DNA of 64,000 nt from an uncultured virus (IMG/VR IMGVR_UViG_3300025782_000006) (Duplodnaviria; Heunggongvirae; Uroviricota; Caudoviricetes). The stretch lies in the IMG/VR virus record IMGVR_UViG_3300025782_000006. One strand, given 5' to 3'. Shown piece by piece: positions 10,453 to 22,108 of this stretch; the stretch's first letter is position 1; the number at the start of each line of letters is the position of its first letter. The translations under genes were made by a program, and so were the position numbers. The notes below the pieces were generated by a model. The model made no database searches and had not been told where the DNA came from. It saw nothing but the letters and a program-made list of their open reading frames with translations.

Positions 10453-11132
10453 AGGCCTGCCCTTTGTAGTATATCTTTAACCCACTCAGTATCAGCCATA
10501 TAGTCTTTAAATTTTCTTTGCCAAAAATCAGGATCTATCCAAGGTAGTATTATTTGTACTTGTTCATCAGTGAGCGAATCCAGGAAGGCGTGTCCACTAT
10601 CACAATTAAATACAATCCAAGGACTAACCCTACCAGTGGCGATATGATGACAAATGCGATTGCTATTGCCGTATTTAAAATAGTCCACAAGACCATTTTT
10701 GAGTTCTGGATGTTCATCTGCATACGATTCCATTTCTTTTAAGGCACGTTCTAGTGCGTCTTGTACTGCTTCACGTTTTAAATACTCGTGTAAATATTCA
10801 ACATAAAAACTGTCTTTACACCAGTGGTCAATCTTTTTGTTATTTTTCAGTAGCCATTCTAAGAACTGCGGAGGATTAACTCCACGTATGGCTACCATAT
10901 GACGTCCCCATTTGACAAAAGCATTGTAGTAGGGCGACTTCACAAAGTCTTCATACGATTTTAATTTAGCTGAGCCCTGTGTCATTTCATAAAAGCGCAG
11001 GTATGCCTTAAGTCCTAGTTGTACACCGACTTCCCGTTCCTGTTGCCAACGGCGTTTTTGTTCACAGAGATGCACAGCCAGGGTTGATTCCTTGCTGAAA
11101 GTCTTTTCGCAATAACGACACTTATAACTCAT
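10449..11132 (-). CDS. Hypothetical protein with N-terminal zinc finger
   Basis: YKCRYCEKTF...HLC. Confidence 0.6.
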   Translation of the reverse strand: MSYKCRYCEKTFSKESTLAVHLCEQKRRWQQEREVGVQLGLKAYLRFYEMTQGSAKLKSYEDFVKSPYYNAFVKWGRHMVAIRGVNPPQFLEWLLKNNKKIDHWCKDSFYVEYLHEYLKREAVQDALERALKEMESYADEHPELKNGLVDYFKYGNSNRICHHIATGRVSPWIVFNCDSGHAFLDSLTDEQVQIILPWIDPDFWQRKFKDYMADTEWVKDILQRAGL

Positions 11133-11766
11133 TAATATAATTCACTAGATGTTTAACTAACACTATAACATCTTTACCATAGTGATGTCTAGCATTGAGG
11201 GGTAAATTTCGATCTTGCTCCATACACTCACAGCCCGACTGTTGCAAAAAGGCATTGCCAATAAATTCAAATGGTACGAATTCTGGACCCAAATTGCCAA
11301 TTGTGGACATGTGTCTGTCGCAGGTATTGAATATGCAAAACTTAATGGATCGTTCACGTAAGTAAGCGGCAAACATCCTAAGATCTAATTTTAGGGCATC
11401 CAAATAGTGCTCATTAATATCGTAACGATACCGACTCAAGATATAATCACCAATGAGTTTGTGTTCGGTAATACTAGAGTAGTCTGCTGGATCTGAAAAT
11501 ACTGCTTGCATACCTTGACTATTGTAACTGACCCAGGGATCTTCTTTGTTAACAAACGGACTTTCCTGTCGATCGTAAAAGGTTAATCCTATAATAACAA
11601 TGTCAATGGGATTTTGTTCTATGTAGTCCACTGTAGTTCTAATGATACGGCGATTACAACTACCAGGTTTAGCCAGATTCACAACCGAGCCACCTAACTC
11701 GTGTGCAAATTGCTCTTTGTAGTAATAGTTGTCCATAAAACTACAACCATTAATTAAGATATTCAT
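11122..11766 (-). CDS. SGNH/GDSL hydrolase-like protein
   Basis: INGCSF, VVNLAKPGSCNRRI, C-terminal HH. Confidence 0.55.
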   Translation of the reverse strand: MNILINGCSFMDNYYYKEQFAHELGGSVVNLAKPGSCNRRIIRTTVDYIEQNPIDIVIIGLTFYDRQESPFVNKEDPWVSYNSQGMQAVFSDPADYSSITEHKLIGDYILSRYRYDINEHYLDALKLDLRMFAAYLRERSIKFCIFNTCDRHMSTIGNLGPEFVPFEFIGNAFLQQSGCECMEQDRNLPLNARHHYGKDVIVLVKHLVNYINEL

Positions 11767-12236
11767 AGGTCTTTTTTAATGTCTTTATCTGCCCAACCTA
11801 AGCCACGTGCATAGTCTTTGAGATCATCTTTAGTATTGATTTCACTCATCAGTTTAAGATCTTCATCTTTTAAATGTGGATGTAATTCACGTAGGAATTT
11901 GACTGCTTTATTATCAGTAGTAGTTTTTTTCTTATTAGTTATCCACTGATGATACTGTTGTCCCATACCCGGACTGACAGTCGTGGCCATTAACCATTGT
12001 AGTTTTTTATGCTGTGTGGTATTAACGTCAAAGAAGTGCTTGTTTAGATTTTCATTACAGCTCATTAGATAGTAGGCTTGTAGATCTGAGCTACCGCCCA
12101 CAGCACTACCCCAACGAATCATTAGAAAAGGGCTAAACTTTTTCTTTTCTTCATCAGATAAACTGTCATAGAACCCACGGTTCTTACGATCAAACTGCGC
12201 CATTTCGTTTTTGATATCTAATTTATCTACTGTCAT
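11763..12236 (-). CDS. Probable clamp-loader small subunit (T4 gp62-like)
   Basis: KKFSPFLMIRW and HQWI patterns; replication-gene context. Confidence 0.5.
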   Translation of the reverse strand: MTVDKLDIKNEMAQFDRKNRGFYDSLSDEEKKKFSPFLMIRWGSAVGGSSDLQAYYLMSCNENLNKHFFDVNTTQHKKLQWLMATTVSPGMGQQYHQWITNKKKTTTDNKAVKFLRELHPHLKDEDLKLMSEINTKDDLKDYARGLGWADKDIKKDL

Positions 12237-12341
12237 TGTTTAATCCAACTTATTAGGGCATCGGCAATCATACGGTGACTTATCGGACAGTTTGACTGCT
12301 GCCGGCCAACTATCGCCAAATGTCAAAAAGATCTGTGTCAT
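12233..12341 (-). pseudogene. Internally deleted SGNH-hydrolase remnant
   Basis: Starts MTQIFLTFGDSW (SGNH block I); another frame ends SHRMIADALISWIKQ-stop (SGNH C-terminal helix); both ends overlap neighbours by ATGA. Confidence 0.65.
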
Positions 12342-12607
12342 ACTGGGTGCCACATGGGAGGTTCTTTGTTAGGATCTCTAGTGAGTTCGTATATTACTTT
12401 AACACGATCAACAGCTTCTTGTAAAGCGGGATTTTGTTTGGCGGCTTCGAGTATACGGTTCCATTCATCCAACATCATTTTTTGTTGAACTTCGTAGTCC
12501 CAACCAATTACTATACGTTCGTTAGATGGAGCTCCCATTTCCCTGGCATAGGTTACCCCATTAGCCCGTTCATATACATAAGTGGCGCCAGGTTTAAGTC
12601 GTCCCAC
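12338..12607 (-). CDS. Hypothetical protein
   Basis: ORF-track frame; likely GTG start at 12607, just after the upstream stop. Confidence 0.55.
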   Translation of the reverse strand: MGRLKPGATYVYERANGVTYAREMGAPSNERIVIGWDYEVQQKMMLDEWNRILEAAKQNPALQEAVDRVKVIYELTRDPNKEPPMWHPV

Positions 12608-12608
12608 T

Positions 12609-13109
12609 TTACCATACCTTGCCGTAGTTAATGACCTCACTTTGGCGTGAGATATCTTTAATAAAATATGCACACATGGGTTTATCTCCCTCGGTCAATG
12701 GAATAGCTAATAGTTGTCCGGGTCTGAGTTTAGGAAAATACCATTTAACATCTTGATAAATGTCTACAATTTCTACAGGATGAAATTCTGGACGGAAGCT
12801 GGTAAGTGGATTAAATGTAAACACAGAAAAGCCACGATCATTAATTGACGTTAATGGAACTACTTCTAGATCACCAAAGTCTGGCTCACCAATTAAGATT
12901 TGCCAATCCACTGGCATACGTATAGTGTTCTCACCGATACGCAGGACCAGTGCTGGACTATTAAAACTTTCTAGAAAAATCAGTGGTATATAAAAGTAAT
13001 CGGGTTCTTTTGGATTACTGTTATCTAATACGCAAAAGCGAACTTCGTCAACTTCGTCAGGAATTTGATTCATCGGATATGCTGTGTTATCAAGTGTTAA
13101 TATTCTCAT
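12609..13109 (-). CDS. Hypothetical protein
   Basis: 166-aa ORF between uvsW and the clamp-loader-like gene. Confidence 0.65.
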   Translation of the reverse strand: MRILTLDNTAYPMNQIPDEVDEVRFCVLDNSNPKEPDYFYIPLIFLESFNSPALVLRIGENTIRMPVDWQILIGEPDFGDLEVVPLTSINDRGFSVFTFNPLTSFRPEFHPVEIVDIYQDVKWYFPKLRPGQLLAIPLTEGDKPMCAYFIKDISRQSEVINYGKVW

Positions 13110-13145
13110 AGTGTTATTGTATAGGATAGGTTAGAAAATAGCAAC

Positions 13146-14633
13146 CTATTGCCAATCAGTCTTTTCTATTGTAAAAGGATAGTTTGCTTCTTTGTAGAAC
13201 TGCTTGCGTTTAGTCAAGTGTCTTTTTGCGAATTTGCAGGTGCTTGTAATATCCCAGATTTGTACGAAGTCTTTGTCCTCCGCCTTGCGTATACCACGCC
13301 CGATCGATTGGATAACACGGACAAAGGATTTACCCGGTTCGACCAGCACAAGATTAAAAATCCTAGGAATATTAATACCAACAGCGGCGACACCATAAGT
13401 AGCAATAATAATCTTATTAGTACTTGTCGCAATCTCATCGTATTCATCTTTTCTATCCCCAGCTTTGGTAGCACCACTCACAAATGCTACGTCAGGTTTG
13501 TCACCTTTAATTAGGCTAAACAATGTGCTTAATTCTGTTTGTAACAATTTACCTGTTTCAATACGATCAACTAAGATAAGTGTATTACCCGATTCTTTAA
13601 TTGAATCAATCATCTTAGCCAGGTAAGCAACACGTTCAGCGTTGGTCACTAAGTATTTAAGTTCGCTTTGGTAATCACGGTATTCAACATGATCTACCAT
13701 CTGTACTATATTTACATGGCAGTTAGCTAAGTGCCCTGCTTCTTGAAGTTCGCTAGCGGATAGTTTACCTACGACTGGTCCTAGACTGCATAATAAACTA
13801 ACACGTTCATAATCTTCTTTAGGTATCGTCCCTGTTAAACCCCAACGCAGAGGAACACGGGCAAATACTCCAGTGAGTAAAGTCTTTAGTGCATCAGCTT
13901 TGGCCATGTGTACCTCATCTACCATAACTAAAACAACGCCTTCAATGAATTCACCGATAGTTACTTCTGCTGTGCCGGCCTGTGTTGCTTTTAGTAGAAT
14001 GTTTAGACTTTGCCAGGTGCAGATAGTATGTGTTTTGCCCCATTCTTTACGATCGCCAAAGTAAACACCTACATCAAGACCTAGGTTCTTGTAGTCTGTT
14101 TCCGTTTGTGTAACTAGGCTTTTGTTTGGTACAATAACAATACTACGACCATATGGCTCTACGCTTTTGCTTAGTGCCGCAGTCATAATAGTTTTGCCTG
14201 CACCTGTGGCAATTTCCTGTATGCTCTGCGGATTACTTAGGAAGTTGTTGATAATTTCAACTTGATAGTCACGAAAATGTATGGGTTGACCTGCTTGTGG
14301 ATGCCCCACAGGCCATGTTTGATCAGCAAAAGTATCTTCTGAAAATTTACTAAACTCAAAGACCGTTGAGTAATCTCGTAGATCTTCTACGTCAATATCG
14401 TAGTTCTTACTTTCTAAGTACTCAATGATTTCAGGTAGTAAGTTAATGTAACTTGAACCGCCTAATTGAAAGAAAGCCACTTTGCCGTCCCAACGTCCTA
14501 GACGAACTGAGGGTTGATAACGTGCTCCTGGGATTTCATACTTGAACTTCTTTACCAGCGCCGTGCGATCAGCAAGATCTAGTCCTTCAATCTTTACATT
14601 TACTTCGTCTCGAATTATTAATTTAGCTTGCAA
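13146..14633 (-). CDS. uvsW: SF2 DNA helicase UvsW
   Basis: RDYQ, ATGAGKT, DEVH, GLTGT, QSIGRGIR motifs. Confidence 0.9.
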   Translation of the reverse strand: MQAKLIIRDEVNVKIEGLDLADRTALVKKFKYEIPGARYQPSVRLGRWDGKVAFFQLGGSSYINLLPEIIEYLESKNYDIDVEDLRDYSTVFEFSKFSEDTFADQTWPVGHPQAGQPIHFRDYQVEIINNFLSNPQSIQEIATGAGKTIMTAALSKSVEPYGRSIVIVPNKSLVTQTETDYKNLGLDVGVYFGDRKEWGKTHTICTWQSLNILLKATQAGTAEVTIGEFIEGVVLVMVDEVHMAKADALKTLLTGVFARVPLRWGLTGTIPKEDYERVSLLCSLGPVVGKLSASELQEAGHLANCHVNIVQMVDHVEYRDYQSELKYLVTNAERVAYLAKMIDSIKESGNTLILVDRIETGKLLQTELSTLFSLIKGDKPDVAFVSGATKAGDRKDEYDEIATSTNKIIIATYGVAAVGINIPRIFNLVLVEPGKSFVRVIQSIGRGIRKAEDKDFVQIWDITSTCKFAKRHLTKRKQFYKEANYPFTIEKTDWQ

Positions 14634-15820
14634 ACTTCGGGTCCTTTGGAATGTTTATTATACACATCCTTGGTAAAGTATACAATCTTTTCGGCTGTTT
14701 GAATCCACATTTGGCGATCACCGCCGTACATCATACCAGCTGAACTGATCATCAATGGAATACGTCCGACGGGTGTGCGAGGAATTTTGGTAGTATAAAT
14801 TACTTTGACATCAAAATCAAAATCCGCTAATTGATTGTTAGTGACTCTCAGCACTTGATCAGGAAAATGTTTATTAAATTCGGTAAGTAAGCGATCGCTT
14901 AGATCAGGCTCATATACAAATATAGGAAATCTATTTGTAGCGGTAGCATAGTCAGCAATACTTTTAACTAAATTACTGTTGAATGATTGATCGACTTTAA
15001 GTTCACGATTGGCACATAGGCTCCAAAAACGTGTACCATAGGCTTCAATTACCACTTCTTTTATTAAATTGTCTACAGTATATCCTAGGATAGGTGCATT
15101 GTCTACTAGTGTAAGCAAATTGTCTGTAACAAGTCCGCCCAATCGATCATTGACATAGTCAACTAATGCATCATGAGCATTGGTAATGGTCAACGCATCA
15201 GCAGTGGCCTGTAGTTCAATCCCGTACTGTTTCTTTTCCTCGGCTAACAATAGGTCCATGGCCGTTTTTAATGTTGAATCTATTTCAAATTTATGTTGTT
15301 GGGCAAAAGTATAAACCCAATTTACGTTTGGTTCAGTTAGATCAGCTACCCAGTATTTTTTACCATGCTCCCAATGTATACTGCCTTTACTTTGCTTGCC
15401 TTCAGTTCTAATTGATTCTATTATTTCGTTATCAAATGGAAACTTAATACAGATAAGATCATCCTCTATCCATGCCCGAGCTGTACGGTCAATGGTCCTT
15501 AAAGGAATTCTAAATTCAGGATTGGTTTTAACGGGTGTAATGTCTACACCAAGTTTAAACAGTTGCCTTTCATATTTGGTAACCAGAGCTACTGCCAAAG
15601 ACGCTTGTTTATCAGTAAACCCTAGACCACTGTGACATTGTCCAGCAAAACTTTCTATAACCTTAACATCATATCTAGCCAGGCTAACATTCGGTTCAGC
15701 AACAAGAAATATATTTTGTTTGTTTATGCCAGCAGGTGTACGATATCCAGCAATAATTTCAATGTAATCTTCAACGTGAGAATAAGAATAAAGAGTATTA
15801 GGCATACAGTTATTATACAC
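14618..15820 (-). CDS. Hypothetical protein
   Basis: 400-aa ORF overlapping the uvsW start. Confidence 0.6.
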   Translation of the reverse strand: MYNNCMPNTLYSYSHVEDYIEIIAGYRTPAGINKQNIFLVAEPNVSLARYDVKVIESFAGQCHSGLGFTDKQASLAVALVTKYERQLFKLGVDITPVKTNPEFRIPLRTIDRTARAWIEDDLICIKFPFDNEIIESIRTEGKQSKGSIHWEHGKKYWVADLTEPNVNWVYTFAQQHKFEIDSTLKTAMDLLLAEEKKQYGIELQATADALTITNAHDALVDYVNDRLGGLVTDNLLTLVDNAPILGYTVDNLIKEVVIEAYGTRFWSLCANRELKVDQSFNSNLVKSIADYATATNRFPIFVYEPDLSDRLLTEFNKHFPDQVLRVTNNQLADFDFDVKVIYTTKIPRTPVGRIPLMISSAGMMYGGDRQMWIQTAEKIVYFTKDVYNKHSKGPEVCKLN

Positions 15821-15838
15821 TAGTTATAGTTTAAAGTC

Positions 15839-15870
15839 AAAAAAATCCCCGAGTATTTCTACCCGGGGCA
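15839..15870 (-). terminator. Intrinsic terminator after the AAA ATPase gene
   Basis: Minus strand CCCCGGG...CTCGGGGA followed by a T run. Confidence 0.55.
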
Positions 15871-15960
15871 AACCGGTCTTTAAACCGGCTGTAATTCAGG
15901 AGCTAGAGTGAATTACAGTACACTAGTATTTAGGCCAGTTTGCTCTGACCTAAAAATTTC

Positions 15961-17007
15961 TTAAGCCGTTTTCATACAAGTAACTTGAGCCATAGCCTTC
16001 CATTTAAGTGGGAAACTCTTACGCAAATCTGCTACCTTAATTGCCATACGCAACGACATTTCACGGAACTTGTTTTTATTCTCTTCCAAAAACTCAATGA
16101 TTTCGTCTTGTACTGCTTGCTCAAAATCATACTCAGCAAACAACTCACCATCTTTGGCAATTTGTTTAATACGGAGTACTTTATCACGCATAGTATCAAG
16201 TGTCAAGTCCAAGTAGTGGCAACGACTCTGTAGTGCATCCAGGTGATCACGCAACTTCTGTGATTTCATTTGATCAAACTTAAGGTTAGTAATAAAGATT
16301 ACAGAGCCATTGAAGTTGAAGCTATCTGGAACGCCTTCACGACGCAACATATTACTGTCTGACAACCAACTAATCTTACGCTTCTTACCAGAGTCCAGAG
16401 CACCCTTCAGCAGGTTAAGTGCAACGTCATCAACAAGAATTGAGTCACAGTCGTCAAATACTAATACGCAATTTGAATCTGAATACTTGTAAAGTGTAGT
16501 ATACAAACCTAATGCAGTAGCAGAACCTTTAACAACTTCAGCACGTAAACGCTTACCAGAAACCATGTCGAACAAACAGGCCTTCTCAACAATACGTTCC
16601 ACACCAAAGGACTTACCAACTCCTGGGGGACCTGATACAATCATTGCACGGATGTCGCCGTTAGTAGCGGCAGTAGTCATCTCGTCCAAAATTTCAAAAC
16701 GCTGACGAATACGTTCAATCACTTCTTCATCAGATTCTTGTGCTAGTTCTAATGCCTGAGTTTCAGCGACAGGTTGATTACCTGCATCAACAAACTCTTG
16801 CTCTGATACGAACTCATAGTCACTCATTGAGTCAACCTTAACACGAATGTCTTCTGGGAACCCAGGAAAACGTCCGCCATTTTTAACAGTGACATAAGCA
16901 CCTTTGGCAGTGGTTTTAAACTGCTCAACTAATTGAAAAATCTCACCGCTGACTTCTTTGTTGCGATAAGCACCACTTTTGATACGAATAAAAGATACGT
17001 TTGACAT
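15961..17007 (-). CDS. AAA+ ATPase
   Basis: Walker A GPPGVGKS, Walker B LVFDDCD, arginine finger ALQSRC. Confidence 0.85.
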   Translation of the reverse strand: MSNVSFIRIKSGAYRNKEVSGEIFQLVEQFKTTAKGAYVTVKNGGRFPGFPEDIRVKVDSMSDYEFVSEQEFVDAGNQPVAETQALELAQESDEEVIERIRQRFEILDEMTTAATNGDIRAMIVSGPPGVGKSFGVERIVEKACLFDMVSGKRLRAEVVKGSATALGLYTTLYKYSDSNCVLVFDDCDSILVDDVALNLLKGALDSGKKRKISWLSDSNMLRREGVPDSFNFNGSVIFITNLKFDQMKSQKLRDHLDALQSRCHYLDLTLDTMRDKVLRIKQIAKDGELFAEYDFEQAVQDEIIEFLEENKNKFREMSLRMAIKVADLRKSFPLKWKAMAQVTCMKTA

Positions 17008-17036
17008 ACTAGCTCCTTCTTTATTAATAATACAAC

Positions 17037-17066
17037 TATTATACTATTTTGGCAATTATGGGTCAA
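17037..17066 (-). promoter_or_regulatory. Sigma70-type promoter with conserved spacer
   Basis: TTGACC-CATAATTGCCAAAATAG-TATAAT (17-nt spacer). Confidence 0.7.
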
Positions 17067-17359
17067 GCACCATAGTATACTGCATCTGCATCAGCAAGCT
17101 CTTCGGCTTGTTCCAATACATCAAAATCTGCCTCCTCTACTACCCAACCGTTGGCACGAAGTTCATCACGGCCTACACGGGTTTCCTTCAAGCGATCCAT
17201 TTGATTGTGGATAGCATTGATTGAAGCTTCTAAATATTCACGGTCACGCCATTGTTCGGGAGTAGCATAACGTGGTCGGAAACCAAAAAAGTCTTTATGG
17301 AAATCGCTCAAATAACTCTGCAATTCTTCAACTGTTAAATCTGCTAAATGGTTTTGCAT
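17063..17359 (-). CDS. Hypothetical small phage protein
   Basis: AGGAG RBS; SDFHKDFFGFRPR motif. Confidence 0.7.
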   Translation of the reverse strand: MQNHLADLTVEELQSYLSDFHKDFFGFRPRYATPEQWRDREYLEASINAIHNQMDRLKETRVGRDELRANGWVVEEADFDVLEQAEELADADAVYYGA

Positions 17360-17388
17360 TGCCGCTCCTTGTTAATTACTATACCCAT

Positions 17389-17417
17389 AGTATAGCATTT
17401 TGGCAATTTGGGCACAA
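17389..17417 (-). promoter_or_regulatory. Sigma70-type promoter with conserved spacer
   Basis: TTGTGC-CCAAATTGCCAAAATGC-TATACT. Confidence 0.6.
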
Positions 17418-17425
17418 CCAAAATT

Positions 17426-17632
17426 TTAGCTATTTAAAGTATTAAACGGACTATAATCTTCGGTGTTGTCTTTATGCAACACAATATTAACTCGATTATC
17501 TACAGATAATGCTGGAACATTATCCGCTTCATTATATTCATAATCGATATTATTAACCCAATCCGTAAACTCTCGTTCTTCTGGAAAAGCATCATTATAT
17601 TCATTATCGATAATCATATTCTTGAGTTTCAT
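17426..17632 (-). CDS. Hypothetical protein
   Basis: 68-aa ORF with AAGGA RBS. Confidence 0.55.
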   Translation of the reverse strand: MKLKNMIIDNEYNDAFPEEREFTDWVNNIDYEYNEADNVPALSVDNRVNIVLHKDNTEDYSPFNTLNS

Positions 17633-17641
17633 TATAATCCT

Positions 17642-18130
17642 TTAGTTAAGTGAATCAAAATACTTGCTTTCTAATACCATTTGACGCTGTTTGATATTAT
17701 CGATCAAATATAAACTTTCGTACATTTGTTGAGTATCTACTCCGTGTTCTTGATAACCCTGCATTAACATTTCTAAATACCCATCATTTGGAAATTCATC
17801 AATATTTTTGCCGGCCATATAATAGGTCATACATTTAACTGATTGACCATTATGGAAAACATTAACCATTTTCTTTAAATAATATGTAGGATAACCTTCT
17901 AGGGCATCTAAGGCCAATTCACAGTCAGGAGTAATTTCCCACAGGACTCCTTGAGTGGCAAATTCAGGATTTTCGATTATGTCTGCGTGACGAGCAAAAC
18001 GAAATTCATGATTATATAAAACCGCTTTGCCTAAACTTTTGGCCTGCGGGCATCGGATGGCCATTTGGCCTAAATTGGTATTCATACCATATGCAAAATA
18101 TTTCATACTAAGAGTATAGCATATTGGCAA
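17642..18130 (-). CDS. Gamma-glutamylcyclotransferase (AIG2-like) family protein
   Basis: YFAYGMN, LDALEGYPTYY; true start probably MKYFAYG (~18106). Confidence 0.85.
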   Translation of the reverse strand: MPICYTLSMKYFAYGMNTNLGQMAIRCPQAKSLGKAVLYNHEFRFARHADIIENPEFATQGVLWEITPDCELALDALEGYPTYYLKKMVNVFHNGQSVKCMTYYMAGKNIDEFPNDGYLEMLMQGYQEHGVDTQQMYESLYLIDNIKQRQMVLESKYFDSLN

Positions 18131-18141
18131 TTTATGGTCAA
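18113..18141 (-). promoter_or_regulatory. Sigma70-type promoter with conserved spacer
   Basis: TTGACC-ATAAATTGCCAATATGC-TATACT. Confidence 0.7.
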
Positions 18142-18142
18142 C

Positions 18143-18164
18143 AAAAAACCCGCCTCAGCGGGTT
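18143..18164 (-). terminator. Intrinsic terminator
   Basis: AACCCGC-TGAG-GCGGGTT followed by a T run on the minus strand. Confidence 0.7.
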
Positions 18165-18184
18165 CGATGTTAGTATATGCTAAC

Positions 18185-18487
18185 TTATTCAGCGGGTGGA
18201 GTTGTTACTACTGCTAATGCGGCTTTAACTGCGACTACTTGTTCATCGGTCAAAGATAAAACTGCAGAACCTTCAGCAAACTTAGTCAATACATCTTGAC
18301 CTTCAACATGGCTAATGTCAAACAGTACAGGTTGAATTGTTAAATTATGCTTAGTAAGAAGTTCTTGGGCGTCAGTGTTTAAATCGGTAAAACGGGCCTC
18401 AACTGCCAAATCTTTACTTTTTAATGATGCTAAAACTTCATCAACGTGTGTACCTTGTGAACTAAGTGCGAATAAATGAACTGTCAT
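18185..18487 (-). CDS. Hypothetical protein
   Basis: GGAG RBS; TATAAATA upstream at 18508-18515. Confidence 0.65.
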   Translation of the reverse strand: MTVHLFALSSQGTHVDEVLASLKSKDLAVEARFTDLNTDAQELLTKHNLTIQPVLFDISHVEGQDVLTKFAEGSAVLSLTDEQVVAVKAALAVVTTPPAE

Positions 18488-18589
18488 TTTAAATCTCCGT
18501 TATACTGTATTTATAGTTATTTCAGCAGAAACCCGCCAAAGTGTGCATTGTTAAGAGGCATGGCGGGTATGTTACTTAATGCTTGATTT

Positions 18590-20514
<1,925 letters not shown>

Positions 20515-20607
20515 GATTCTCCTTTAAAATGAATAAATTTAATTAGTTTTTTATTGTACTACATAGAATGCGGCATTGTCAACAACTACCGCAAAAATAT
20601 TTATCAC

Positions 20608-21375
20608 TTAGAAATAAGTAATATTGGTTCTGGGAAAGAAACATTCTCTGTACTGCATGGGTTTCATTTTGTGTAGTTCAACTACCGAAGTTTTGCCCAA
20701 GCCCATAGCTATACTAAGAGCCATACTTTGGTTGCCCAAAAACAAATCAGCGCCTTCAATTAATTCGGCTAGTTCTAAGAAATCTTTAACCGGACGATAT
20801 TGTATTTTACAGTCAAATTTAGCAACAAAAGCTTCATGCTCTGCAGGCGTCCCAACAAATAGTCCATTATTAGCCAAATCTGCGTCATGACACATTTTGA
20901 ACCAACTAGCATCTGTGTCAACATCAGGAGTACGATAACGTGGAGTAGAGTTTACAACGATAGCGGCTTCTTTAATAGGGTCTACTTCTAACCAAGGTGT
21001 ATCATAATCGTTGACTGTAAATGGTACATTAAAAGTACGGAAATAACTTTCTACAATATTTCCCTCAAATGTACGATACAGTACTGCACGATATTGATCC
21101 AAATTGATATCGGGCTTGTTGTCCCCGTCATGCCAAGCTGTAACCTCTGTGATATATGGTTGACGTTCAATTAGGGGTGCTAACATTCTGTAGTCTTGTT
21201 CTGTGTATCGACCTTTGTGTGCTGGGTCAATATCTTCAGCACGATACCCATAGGTAGGCAGGATAAGTTCAAGGTTACGAATACCAATTTGAAACTCACC
21301 GCCGCCCATGCGTTTAACCAGGGCCAGGCTATAGATTGTGTCACCGGCTGTGCCTGAATGCAAGTATGTTGTCAT
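20608..21375 (-). CDS. GT9-like (heptosyltransferase-fold) glycosyltransferase
   Basis: HSGTAGD; ELAELIEGADLFLGNQS...AMGLGK. Confidence 0.6.
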   Translation of the reverse strand: MTTYLHSGTAGDTIYSLALVKRMGGGEFQIGIRNLELILPTYGYRAEDIDPAHKGRYTEQDYRMLAPLIERQPYITEVTAWHDGDNKPDINLDQYRAVLYRTFEGNIVESYFRTFNVPFTVNDYDTPWLEVDPIKEAAIVVNSTPRYRTPDVDTDASWFKMCHDADLANNGLFVGTPAEHEAFVAKFDCKIQYRPVKDFLELAELIEGADLFLGNQSMALSIAMGLGKTSVVELHKMKPMQYRECFFPRTNITYF

Positions 21376-22097
21376 TTATTATTTTTTATTAAAAAGATTC
21401 CGTAACCATTATGCCAAGGACTAGGGAACATAGGATTCTCACCTGTTTCAACTTCAATTTTGTAAAGTATTTCTAAGTTACTGTCATCAAATGCACGATA
21501 AGTACCTGCTTTTTCGCGACTGTTATATTTGACACCCTTGTACTCAACTTCAAAAATATTGTTGTCATTCCAGTCATCAACTATAACTAAACTGATGTCA
21601 GCAAGGTGTGGAGCCACACGAACAATACCTTGATATTGGCTTTCTTCTTCATGCCAACCATCGTACATATAAACATCGTATGGTCCATATAGTGCAGGAT
21701 CAAAACTTTCAAAACTTTGATTCAATAACTGTACGTCGGCGGTTTCTGTTTTTACTACTTCGATGTTACGACGAGCATCTTGTTCAGGAGTTGTACTGTA
21801 GTGTGGATAGCTTTCAGTGTAGTTGTCTACTCCAATGGCTGTGATATTATCAATGCCGCCAATAGCTGAACAAAGAGTTGATCCTTGAAATACTCCTACC
21901 TCAAGATATCGGGCATCGGTCAGTGTTCTAATATAGTTATTGATAAATCTACGATAAACAATACCACTCATTCCAGTAATCTGTAGTGCATAGTCCGGAA
22001 TTCCGCTGACTTCTTCTTGTGCCAGTCGCAAGCACTCTTTGATAATTCCAATCTGTGGGTGATCAGTATATACTTGATCAGTAATAGTAATAGGCAT
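21372..22097 (-). CDS. Class I SAM methyltransferase (Methyltransf_24-like)
   Basis: YLEVGVFQGST, YMYDGWH, IVDDWN. Confidence 0.8.
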   Translation of the reverse strand: MPITITDQVYTDHPQIGIIKECLRLAQEEVSGIPDYALQITGMSGIVYRRFINNYIRTLTDARYLEVGVFQGSTLCSAIGGIDNITAIGVDNYTESYPHYSTTPEQDARRNIEVVKTETADVQLLNQSFESFDPALYGPYDVYMYDGWHEEESQYQGIVRVAPHLADISLVIVDDWNDNNIFEVEYKGVKYNSREKAGTYRAFDDSNLEILYKIEVETGENPMFPSPWHNGYGIFLIKNNK

Positions 22098-22108
22098 AAT
22101 TTTCTTTC

